A DNA stretch of 40,299 nucleotides from Collodictyon triciliatum (Eukaryota). The notes under the pieces were generated by a model that saw nothing but the letters and a program-made list of their open reading frames with translations, was not told where the DNA came from and searched no databases. The stretch is taken from the NCBI GenBank assembly GCA_043381765.1, contig JBHJMP010000296.1:1-40299 (forward strand), read 5' to 3'. Shown in pieces: positions 12,801 through 23,629 of this stretch. The translations under genes were made by a program, and so were the position numbers. Numbering within the stretch: the first letter of the stretch is position 1; each line of letters starts with the position of its first letter.

Positions 12801-13670
12801 TGCGCATGTATGAATCAGTCGACTTTCAAACCATCCAAAACATACCTTTCTCCCAGTTCCTGGCCATGGAATCATTCATCACGCACCATGTATTATCGCG
12901 GTATAAATGCGGCTTTTAATGCCATTTCATAATGATTTTTTTCTTTGATTTTTTTTTTTACTGCTCTTGTCTTTGACTCGGGTTTGGATAGTTTGCTCTC
13001 AAGATAAAACAAAGGATTATTGGTCGGTGTACGCCTATTTGAGTTTTGTCATGTGCACCATAAACGAAGCGGCACAGTTGAATTAATTCTTTCGATGGTA
13101 TCACCCAGGTACTATTCTGATGTGAATCGGCTGTTCATCCTCCTTAAAGAAAATGCAGTTCCTTGCCAAGAGATTCGTGGAGAAGGTGATGAGACCTCAT
13201 CAATATACGAAGGTCCAAGTGTAAGAACTTTATTCTGTCTCAAATTACGAATGCATCTGAAATGAACAACGTAGTAATACTAAGAATAAACCGCTTAAAT
13301 TCAATATTATATATTTCTTGATTCTCATAAAAGTAAAAATAAGCACGGCTAACTTGACTCGGGTATATAGTCGATACTCTTGGATGTCTACGACGCAGCA
13401 AGCGATGATTCCGACGAAGAGCGAGTCAAGCGAGGCCGCAAGAGAAAGCACAAAAAGAAGAGCAAGAAAGCATCACGCTCTTCCCAACAAAGCAGCGGCA
13501 CAGGCAAGCAGCCAAGCGACACGAGACAGATTTTTCTGGGCTGGAAGTTCCACAACGACAGCACCCAGACTCTTTTCACACCAGAGCACGTCCCGCAATA
13601 CTTATCCCAAACTTTTGCACAAGCATATGCCCTTGCCTGGCGTAAACATACTCGTTCATTACAGGCTTGA
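9886..13670 (+). CDS. Conserved uncharacterised protein resembling the plant At5g48340-type family
   Basis: Exons 9886-9954, 10089-10723, 10903-11100, several AT-rich internal exons, last exon ending 13670. Peptide GGYALQNYSLSHRDSVWEKLVW..SPVVAVQNLHRFFELDIDATMRTLLEDEIDFWRSADF and a basic C-terminal tract RKRKHKKKSKK resemble that family as recalled. Confidence 0.7.
9973..10044. repeat. 36-bp direct tandem duplication in intron 1
   Basis: cacaacc(t/c)ctttgatcaaaacacaaacagcag(a/g)agc occurs twice. Confidence 0.85.
10728..10804. repeat. (TGTGA)n pentanucleotide microsatellite, intronic
   Basis: Directly visible just after a GT donor. Confidence 0.95.
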
Positions 13671-13989
13671 AAATCATAATAAAAAAAGATATAATCTTTT
13701 CACTGCTTCGTTTCGAAAAAGAAATGGAAGGTAAAGTGAATATACACAATCGATGTAGTCTTGGTGTTGGCTCTTCGTCATCAGAAGAAAAGGCCTCGAC
13801 TCTTGTGCTCGCAAGAGACCACCTTCCGTCATTAGGAGGGAAACTAAGCCGATCCTTTTTCCCTTAACCTTTTTTTCTTTTTGAAATCCGCTTCGCCTTT
13901 GGCTTTCGCGAGATAAATATTTACTGTGTTTCGTATAGTTCAAGACAGTGAGGGAAAAGAATGAAAAGAATGAAATGAAAAGAATGCAA

Positions 13990-14149
13990 AGGAAAAAAAA
14001 AAGAAAAAGAAAAAAAAGAAAAAGAAAAAAAGAAAAAAAAAGAAAAAAAGAAAAAAGAAAAAAAAGAAAAAAAGAAAAAAAGAAAAAAAGAAAAAAAAAA
14101 GAAAAAGAAAAAAAGAAAAAGAAAAAAAGAAAAAAAGAAAAAAGAAAAA
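13990..14149. repeat. (GAAAAAA)n purine-rich tract, intergenic
   Basis: Directly visible; reverse complement of the repeat at both window ends. Confidence 0.9.
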
Positions 14150-14622
14150 CAGGTGAAAATAAAGGCGAGGCAGGTTCATAGACTGGGAGTGATCTTATAG
14201 AAAGCCGATGCTCGAAATGACCATAAACACCGTACACGTTTCCTTTCCTTCCCGACGCCCAACTTGCTTTCAACGAATGGGAACCAAGAGCTTGAGGCTC
14301 AGAGTTCTCGAAATAGCTTTTTTCTTTCTCTCGGTACTTTGCCCCTCCCAAGAGGCTGAGACGCACAACCAAATAGCAAATAGAACCGTCCAACCAAGAA
14401 TGCACGACCGAAAGAAGACACCTTCCATTTTTTTATTTTATTTTTTTATATATTTTTTTTACCCCTCTGCTTTGCTTGCTTATTTTCTGTATATCTCAGG
14501 AATTGAAACCTTAACAGTTCGTGCAAAGAAAAAGAATAAGAAGATCGAAGAGAAGAAGCCAATAGCTATAATTTCTGTAGTTTGCGGCTGAAAGAAAAAG
14601 AAAAGAAAAGCGAAGGAGAACC

Positions 14623-17600
14623 ATGGCAACGAAGACGCAACAGACGCCTGAAGAAATCGCCGCTGCAGCCCGGGCGAAGATGCTTCAGCAGGAGGCAGCG
14701 CTGCCTATTGACATTCACTACAACAAGTTTCTGGGTGCGCTCATTATTCTCTTTCAGTCATTTATCACTATGATTCTTTTTCGTTTTCTTTTTCATTCGT
14801 TCTTATTGCATATTCGAAGATTTCATCCTAAGTATGAAAGAGAATATACTGCCGGTTCATTGGCCTCAAAATCCGATGAATATTGTGCTGTACTTCCAGA
14901 GTTAATTTTAATATATCCCATCACAAAATTAAATATCATGAATCCCTTAGACTGGCTGGTGGATCGGAAAAGGATACCAGAGACATGGAAGAAGCTATTG
15001 GACCATGTTATTTTTTCAATTTTTCGAACTTTCTTTTGTATATTTTCTTATCTTATGATATCGAGTTTCCATTTTAGAATGCACACCTTAAAAAAAAATA
15101 ATCTATTTATATTATTTAACGATTAATCCATTATAAAGTCTCATTAATGCTGGCTAAAAATGATAAAGTACCGATCTTACGCTTGACCGAGTTATAATTT
15201 TACCATCATATTACTTAATAATACTTACTCACGTGTTTAGGTGAATGAATTGGTTAAGGCTGCCTTGGCAGAGACTCCAGAATATCAGAATGTTCATATC
15301 CCCAAACAAATGTAAAAGAAAAGCTTTCAAATAATTTCATTCTTGACTCGACGTTCAGAAAAAAATCACGAAACTTGAGAAAAAGCGTGAATTCTTATTT
15401 AAACCCACACAAACCCTTCCGGATGACCCTGTCATAGCACCCAAAAGTTTGAAATATTTCTTGACAACACCCAACAAATCGATTACTTTTATGCTGTCTA
15501 CATAAGAGACTTGCTTAAGCTATCCGAGGGTCAGAAAAAAGACTTCTTTGGGCGCTACTCTTCAAAAAGGATGAAAGACTGGGACGATATTGTACGTGCA
15601 TACGAAGCGAGCGATATTTACCTTGGAGAAACAGCTCAATATCTTGTTCAACAAGTCAATTATGAAATGTAATCGAATACTGTGATTTTATTTTATAATA
15701 ATTTTCACATCGCAAACGTGTCTTGCATTATATATTAATAGCGTTTCTATTTTATTGCACAATTCAACGACCGACACCAGCCCTGCCTTGAAGAAGTCCA
15801 TTCAAAGACACACAGTAAAAAACATAGAACAACACAAACATAAAAATCAATCAATACATAAGTCTGATTTGATAATTTCATTACTTTTGCTACAAAAATA
15901 TATATTTAGCCTTGCTACTTTAGGTGACGATCAACGAAGTAGAAAAGAAAATTGCAGAGTCCAATCGTGCAATCCACGACCTGCAGAACTCTTATGAAAA
16001 AGGATGCAAGAAACTGAAAATTCAAGTCAGTGTGACAGTCCGAATTTACTTTATACTCCATATGAAAAATATACAAATTGATTTAATATTCAACAGTAAA
16101 AGGACATTTCTATATTTTATACATTACCATAACTATTTTTTACGATTTGTATGAAACATCGGAGCTTTTCTCTAATTAACAGGGAAAAGATTTGGTCTCG
16201 GAGATATCAGCACTTGCAAACGAACTCCCTGATATTTTTGAAAGGGTTCGATTACACTTACATAAGAAATATATCACACTTTCTTTACAAAAAAAGAACT
16301 CGACATATTAGATAAAAAAATATTTATTATAATCCATCTACTCGTCATCTTTCAATATTCTAGATTGTTGAAATAGTCCAGAACGACCGGAACTTTGTTG
16401 AAGGAATAGAATACTATCAGCAATTTTCTCAATATATCAGTTTATCTGTAAGCTTACTTCAAAGGGTGGAATTATATAGCTAATCTTTTATCAAATGTTT
16501 AAGCTTTAAATTATTTACTCTACATTTTTATTCTGCACTATATACACATGCCCGCTTCTGAATAAAGAATGAGCTTGCTCATAAAGGTAATTACCTCCAC
16601 ACTCTCACTCTTTTCTTAACTTTAAACTTTTTTAAAATAAAATAAAAACAGAAAATCGATATATAACTCTGAAAGAATGGCTCATTGCCATTTTATTTGT
16701 ATTTTACACAACAAGGACATGATTTTTAATTTGGAATTAGAGAAAACGCTCCATTTTACGAAATACTTAAGCACAAATGGAAACACACCGATGACACGCT
16801 ATTATCAGCTACCCGATTTCAAAGAGGAGACCAGCGGCATCCAGATCGAATCGTCCGACAGGTTTAGCTTCCATTCCAATAATTTTATTGAAATAGTTTA
16901 TGTTTGTCTTGCAACGCAATTAAATGATATGTTGGAATAAATATTCTGCGAGAATTATCAACCTGCATCCTGCTTTCGGATTATCAACCATAATCCTGTG
17001 CGTATATCTGTAGCAATGAGGCATCTTCCGTCGTAATAGACTGGAATATTGATTTGGTTGGTTGAATTTATACTAGTTTCTCTCTGGCTATTTCTCCATC
17101 AAACTTCATATGAGAGATTTAAATTTTTTTTTTTTAAAAAAAGGAAACACAATGTGTGTCTCTTGTATTGGAGGAAAGATTGAGATGACAAAAAAAATAA
17201 ATAAAAATGGACGGATTCAAAAAAAAAATAAAAATAAAAAGAAGTAATAAACCACATGCCCAACTTTGCAGGATACCACTGAACCATCAGTGCCATCTGG
17301 TCCAGTCGAAACCAGCGAAATCAATTGGGACTTTGATGCAGTTCACGTTTCACCCAATCTAGGTGTCCAGATAATCGGAGGTTTGCCAATTACTCTTTTC
17401 TCTCATTTCTCAATCATGTGGTCCATTTCTTTCTCATTACTTGGACATATATCTCACCATCATGGGTGCTGTTTGCTCACTGAATTTTAAATTACCGAAA
17501 TCAAGAATCTAGCGAAGATGACTCATGTCAAGTCATCAATTGGGATATATCAGATGCGACCGATGACGGTGGAAATGCAGGGGCTTCAATTGATTGGGAT

Positions 17601-19133
17601 GTGGTACGCTTCTTATTTTTTTGATTGATTATTATGATTATTTTTATTCTTGGGAAATGAAATAAAGCCCTCTTAAAAAAACTACTCAAGGTTTCATACA
17701 TAAAAAAAAGAAAAAAAGGAAAGTGACTTATAAGCGATTCTATACAGATAACATCCCTTTTTTTTTTTTCTATTCATGGCCACGGCGTAAAGGACATATA
17801 CTACGTTTGTTTTATTAGATTGTTCATTCTAACGAGATTCATCCACCCAGGATGTTACCAATCCAACAGAATTGGTGGGAAATGATGGCAGCAGCGTAAT
17901 TTTGATTAGCACGCAAACATGCAATTTTAATTTAATCCTGCAAGAAGTGTTGTCCTTGATGTCCGATTCATCTATCCACGTCCTTTTATGTCATAGACGC
18001 ATCCCATGAAAACGAAAAGTCAACCATTTTTACAATCCAGGTTATATCTGCCACAGAAAGCAGGGCTTCATCCAACATCACCGCAACAAAGGAAACAGTT
18101 TTAGGTCACTTGAAAACCCTAAATTCTGCTATTTCTCTCTCTCTCTCTCTCGTATGCTATAATTCCCCACACTGACTTTGCATATATTACTTTCCATGAG
18201 CTGATTTCATGGTTGCTTTCTTTATCTTGGACCGGAGCGAGTTTGCGTGAAAATGATTTCTACATATTTTTTTCCCTTTATTCGATTCAAAGATAATGAT
18301 TTCTATATATATATTTAATGTCACACAGAACACAGCAAAACAAGAAATGCGTTCCTAAACGAGCTTTTGGAGGTTTCTTTCATCCTTCCAAATAAAAATC
18401 ATAACAGATAGTAATAAAATCGTATTGTAGAAAACCCCACTAAAAGTAAAAATGAAGAAAAAAACCTATGTGATGCAACAATCACCCGATTTTACACGAG
18501 CCGACCACCGATTTTCTAAACAGACCCAAAATCGAATCAGTTGGAGGGATTTCTGAAGCACCGACGCGAGGAGCTCGACATCACAGACCACGTAGATATT
18601 GTCCATCAGGTCGACTATGACATCTCATCACATCGCATCACATCGCATCACATCACATCACATCACATCACATCACATCACATCACATCACATCACATCA
18701 CATCACATCACATCACATCACACTGACACACTGACACACTGACACACTTTTTTTCTTTCACCGCAGCTATTCGACGCCCCGCATCTCGTCCAGACGCAGA
18801 GCAAAGAGGTTGTTGCCAAATATCTCCAGTCTGTGGAGACACTCATCGACCTGGTCAACGGCAACAGAACCCGCCAACTGATGCTCATCAAAGGCTCGAA
18901 AAAGTCTATCACTTTTTTTTTTCATTTACTGCTCATTATCTTTATGATAAAAAAGATGAAAATGAATAAAAAAATTTTTTGTATTTCTTTTCCAGGTACG
19001 TATCCCGCCTGTGCTTCGGCCTGCAGCAGAAGGTTGACCACGCGAGGCGACTGGAGCAGTTAATTCCCGTGCTGGAAAAGAAAAGGAAGGATGCCGGCGA
19101 AGGAATTCAACAGTACGCAACGACAAACACACA

Positions 19134-19179
<46 letters not shown>

Positions 19180-19340
19180 CCAATCAATCACACAAATCAA
19201 TCAACAATTACAGAACCATCCCACATCTGGAAAAGCTTGTCCGCCGAACAAAGGAGATCCAAGCAAAAGTCGAGGCATCGCTCTCGAAAATATACAACGG
19301 GCGAAGTGTCCACATCATCGGCGACATCAACACACTCTAA
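14623..19340 (+). CDS. CDK5RAP3: CDK5 regulatory subunit-associated protein 3 (C53), UFMylation/ER-phagy factor
   Basis: Spliced peptides LPIDIHYNKFL-DWLVDRKRIP, KKDFFGRYSSKRMKDWDDIVRAYE..YLGETAQYLVQQVNYEI-PALKK, central IDWN/INWD/INWD/IDWD motifs and C-terminus LSKIYNGRSVHIIGDINTL* (stop 19338-19340). Confidence 0.93.
18628..18747. repeat. (CACAT)n then (CACTGACA)n microsatellite, intronic
   Basis: Directly visible; CACAT is the reverse complement of the 10728 repeat. Confidence 0.93.
19133..19190. repeat. (CAAT)n microsatellite in last CDK5RAP3 intron
   Basis: Directly visible. Confidence 0.9.
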
Positions 19341-19582
19341 GGCGCATTACAGATAAGGCACACCCAGGAAATGATGGTGATGGCGATGATGATGATGATG
19401 ATGATCAAGAAGAGAAAACGGCGACGACAAGAAAAGAAAAGAAAAGAACAGGACAAAAGCCTCTCACCACGAGCAGACGACCAGCAACACCCACCCTTCC
19501 TCCATCGTTGCCCTTTGTTCACTGTTCTTTATTTTCTTTAATCCGAGGACCCGAGCGAGAAGTGTGGCGCAGGTGGTTGCCT

Positions 19583-20145
19583 TCAGTTGCCGGCACTCTG
19601 CTTTCTGCCGGACGCACCGGGCCATTCCTTGACAATGACGGGGTACTCGAGTTTGGGGACCTGCGTGATCTTTGGAGTCCCGTGCGCAACATACGGCTTC
19701 AGCTGCGGAGGAGGCAGTTTGTGTTTCGTGAGACTCTGCGTGGCTTTGCTCATTCGCCTTCTGGCAAAAGCGACGCCATGCTGGTTGGTTGTTGCTGGTG
19801 CGGGAAGGCGTGTTTTATGTGTTTTGTGTGTTTTGTGTGTGTGATCACTCACCTCGCAGGTCGTCAGGTCTGGGATATTGAGGTTCGGGATGCGGTTCTT
19901 ATCGATGTAGTAGCCGCCTGATTGTGAAAGAGCGTAAGCGCTGAAAATAAAATAAATAAGAATATAAGTGTAATTAAATAAGATGAATGGGTGCCTCTGC
20001 GTGTGTTCCAGCCGAGCGAGCCAGTACGCGAGCCTTTGTAGTAGAGGCGATCACCGTCCTTTGCAGACAGATTCCCCCACAATGCCGCTTTGCGCACTTT
20101 GCCGCCGGCTCGCTCAAGTCCTCGCAGAACTCCAAACAAACTCAT
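19583..20145 (-). CDS. MRPL41: Mitochondrial ribosomal protein mL41
   Basis: Exons 20145-19995, 19917-19853, 19702-19583 give ..LSAKDGDRLYYKGSRTGSLGWNTRRG-GYYIDKNRIPNLNIPDLTTCE-LKPYVAHGTP.., the mL41 YYKG..G..T..GGY...PDL....LKPYV signature, with a basic N-terminal presequence-like start. Confidence 0.9.
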
Positions 20146-20585
20146 CTACAAAATGACTATGTTGCCACTGCCGTTCGTTAATAGGAAAGAGGAGAGAAAA
20201 GAGAATAGAGGAAGAAAAAAGCAAAAAGAAAAAAGAAAAAGGAGAAAGGAGAAAAGGGATTTGCTCTTTCGGTTCATCTCGTCAGATATAGTTGAGGCGG
20301 CACACAGCACCAGAGAAGCTCCAGCTGTGGCTTGTATGAAAGGCAACGCCACCGAAGAAGGCCACAACCAGCATATCAGATTCGACGATCAGATTAAACA
20401 TCCAGTCGAAGTCGAGATGAATCAGAATCTTTGCTGCTTTCAGAGTCAAACAAACCGTGCGAGAACGTTGTGTTCCTTCGCCGAAAGAAAGGCGCCTGAT
20501 CGCAGTCGCTTACAATCATGAACAAAAAAAAAAAAAAAACCCACCTAAAGCAACAATAATGCACACAAGGCTGTAAGTTGGTGTG

Positions 20586-20794
20586 ATGTCGTCTCCGAGT
20601 CCCCACTGGAGCGGCTCTGTCGCAGAAGCCCAAGGCGATGGTCGCCGCGTCCGCTCCGTTTCTGGTTTGTGTTGCGCCCAGAAAGTTGAAGAGTGAAGTA
20701 ACTCAGCGTTTTTTTTTAATTCCATGCTAATCTTTCTTTGAATTACTACCCTGAAAAAAAGAAAGCCAAACCCGAAAAAATCAAGTGATCTCGC

Positions 20795-20848
<54 letters not shown>

Positions 20849-22362
20849 CATTGCAAATATGCAATATATACACATTTAACAAAACAAAACAAAACAATAC
20901 AAAACAAATTGGCTGACTACCGGCTTTTATTACTTGCAATCGTCGATTAGGAAAGTATGAGGCAATCGAACAGGTTTCCTACTACACGAAAGTGTATGAA
21001 ACAGAGGAACCGCGTATCATCCCATACCAAGGACCGTTCCCATCTCCTCATCTGTCCTATTCACGAGTTAACTCTGGAATCACCTCCACTCAAAACATGC
21101 CTTCTCTGCATGTGAATTCATTTGCTGAGGAAGATTTTGATCCAAATAAGCGGTATTCTTTCCCAATATCAAAGTATCTTTCCATTTTCCATTTTAAATA
21201 CAAGTGTTGACTATCATGGAATTAGTTCGATAGTCTCGCATCAGGCTGACCCTATTATAATACAAACAAACACGGATCACATACAATTGTGCATTATTTT
21301 TTTCTTGACATTGTTTTACATTATCAGTAAAAACAAAAACAAAAAACAAAAGCTTTTTCGTGAAATCAAGGCATGCTCCCATAAAGATTGTTTTCCCGAA
21401 TCATAGGGTGGTGATATCCAGACAAAAGAACATGGCTCTGTCCATTTTCTTATGTGGACTGCTTCTACTCGCAGCTGGTGCGGCGTTTCTGTACTTCGCC
21501 TGCCTCGGACCCGTGACTTTTTCTAAAGTTCAAATGGAAGGCGCTCGGCTGTTGAGCACGGCTGAGCCTTATTTACTGGAACTAGACTTTACAATATTTG
21601 CAGAGAATTCAAATGTCCAAGAAGTTGAGGTTCATTATCTCAAGACGGATGTTACCTTCAGTCAGTTTATTATTCTACTTCTTTTTTTTTTTTTTTACAA
21701 ATTTTTATTTATTTATAACATATTCCCATTTTTTTTTTGATATCGTGAGGTGTCATGCAAGATTTTTTAAATCATTCTCTTCTTCGCAGCTCAATATATA
21801 TTGTATTAATTACTTTGAATACCGTATTCTGAATTTGGTACTTGCTCGTTTAGTTAACAAGACTTCTGCTGATTCGCATCAATCGTGTCTGAAAGTGGGT
21901 TCCTTTGAAAAGTACTTGAGTTTATACGTCCGTGGATCAGATAAAGCCTCATTTCGGGCGGTGGCCAGTTTTGATGCATCATCCATAGCCTCGTCATCGT
22001 TGGTAATTGAGTAAGTCCTTTATCTTACTTAAGAAATATATGAATTGGATTAAAGCACAAACATTTAAAAATTGCACAAGGGAACTCCCAAGATACTCTT
22101 TGCATGGCTAGCGTTTATTATGTGCTGTGTATTATTAGAGATTTGTGACTCGTACACCGATGGGGGATAATAATATAGATATCTTGAAAAAAAATGAGCA
22201 CAACTGATTCTTCTATCTAATATCTTTTGCAGAGCCTTAAAGGTTGGCAACTTTGATTTCAAGTTGTCAGGCTACATTCGTTTCTATTCTATAGTGGTAT
22301 ATGATGTGAAGGCTGATATTGAGGTTGCTGGTTATGTGGACATTCCTTTGTTGCCGAAATAA
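20586..22362 (+). CDS. Single-pass membrane protein with LEA_2/TMEM106-like beta domain
   Basis: Phase-consistent exons ~20586-20664, 20950-21152, 21408-21660, 21854-22010, 22232-22362. Low-complexity N-terminus, TM helix ALSIFLCGLLLLAAGAAFLYFA, then LELDFTIFAENSNVQEVEVHYLKTDV and alternating beta strands. Confidence 0.65.
20794..20848. repeat. (TAT)n microsatellite, intronic
   Basis: Directly visible. Confidence 0.95.
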
Positions 22363-23445
22363 GTCTCCTGAATATTCAAGTTTTGACATGACGCCTTCTC
22401 AATTATTCATCGTTTAAAGATATTTTTTTCTCTCCTTGTACCCCACAATGTTTTGTGGCGTGATTTTTGATATCTTGTTTGGTGTGAATCCCCAATAAAT
22501 AATAACCTTTTGTGAATCCCAAGTTGCGTTTTCTTTTGCGAGTATGCCCTATTCACCGGTTCATAATTTTATTATTACTTCTTTTTTTTTTTAAAAAAAA
22601 AATAAGCATTCAATTCTCTCTATTATGTAACAATAGTTGTATGTATTAAAAAAAAATAAGAGTTATACAAGGCAAATTGCGTAGGGTGCTTTTTTTTAAT
22701 CCATCATATGGTTTTTCAATGCTCTTCTTTTTTCTTCCTTTTGAAATTGCCACACTCCCTTTTTCTATCGACACATTATATCATCCACAGAGAAAAGAGA
22801 ACCAATTCTGTCAATTTCCATTACTGAAGTGATGAACACACCTTCTGGAGCAACACTTATTGCCTTGACCTCGCATCGCATGGAACAACTCCTTACATGC
22901 TTCCGGACTTGCCCATGACATCGTCCCTCCCCCAGAGAACTGTCACGTGCGACTCGTCCTTGTGCAGGACAAGCATGACAGGTTATTGATGAAAAGAGGC
23001 GTATTCTTCTGCAATCGATGAGAGAGACAAGCACACAAGTCCACGTGCAAGTCCGGGGATCATGATCCATAGCACTCTGCGCTGTTCAGCAACTGATACA
23101 TAGAGGAAAGCTGAGCCTTTCTTTGTTCGTCGTGTATTTGAGTGCTGTTTGGTGTGGACGATTCGCTCTTGTCTGGCTTTCTGTCGTTTCGGGTGTCTGA
23201 GTGAGTTGAGCGGCCAACATGTGATAGATCATCTTTTTGCCCACAGTGATACTTTCCATTCTGTGTTATGAGGCAGAGCTCATGCTTGGCGAAGGTGTTC
23301 TCTTTGTTGTTTGGCTTATCTGTTCGTTTCTTATGCGGCACACAAACGAAGGAGAAACTGAAGGAAACATCATATAATCCTTAGATATGTGTATGGCTCA
23401 AGTTTGGGCTTCAGTGCATTTCAGACATTTCTTAAATCCATCGTC

Positions 23446-23547
<102 letters not shown>

Positions 23548-23629
23548 CTCATCTATTTACTTCATCGATCCATTTATTTATCTACTTATTTATCTACTTA
23601 TTTATTTGTTCATGAACTTTAGAACCAGG

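Noticed and set aside
10728-18723. (TGTGA)n and (CACAT)n as inverted termini of a transposon
   Set aside because: Simple microsatellites in introns of two unrelated host genes; no transposase or target-site duplication.
19091-19921. 276-aa + strand ORF
   Set aside because: Overlaps the last CDK5RAP3 exon in another frame, repeats and antisense MRPL41; no recognisable domain.
23047-23117. RNase P/MRP-like words (AAGTCCGGGG, GAGGAAAGCTGAG)
   Set aside because: No matching CR-V partner found to form helix P4; insufficient to call an RNA gene.
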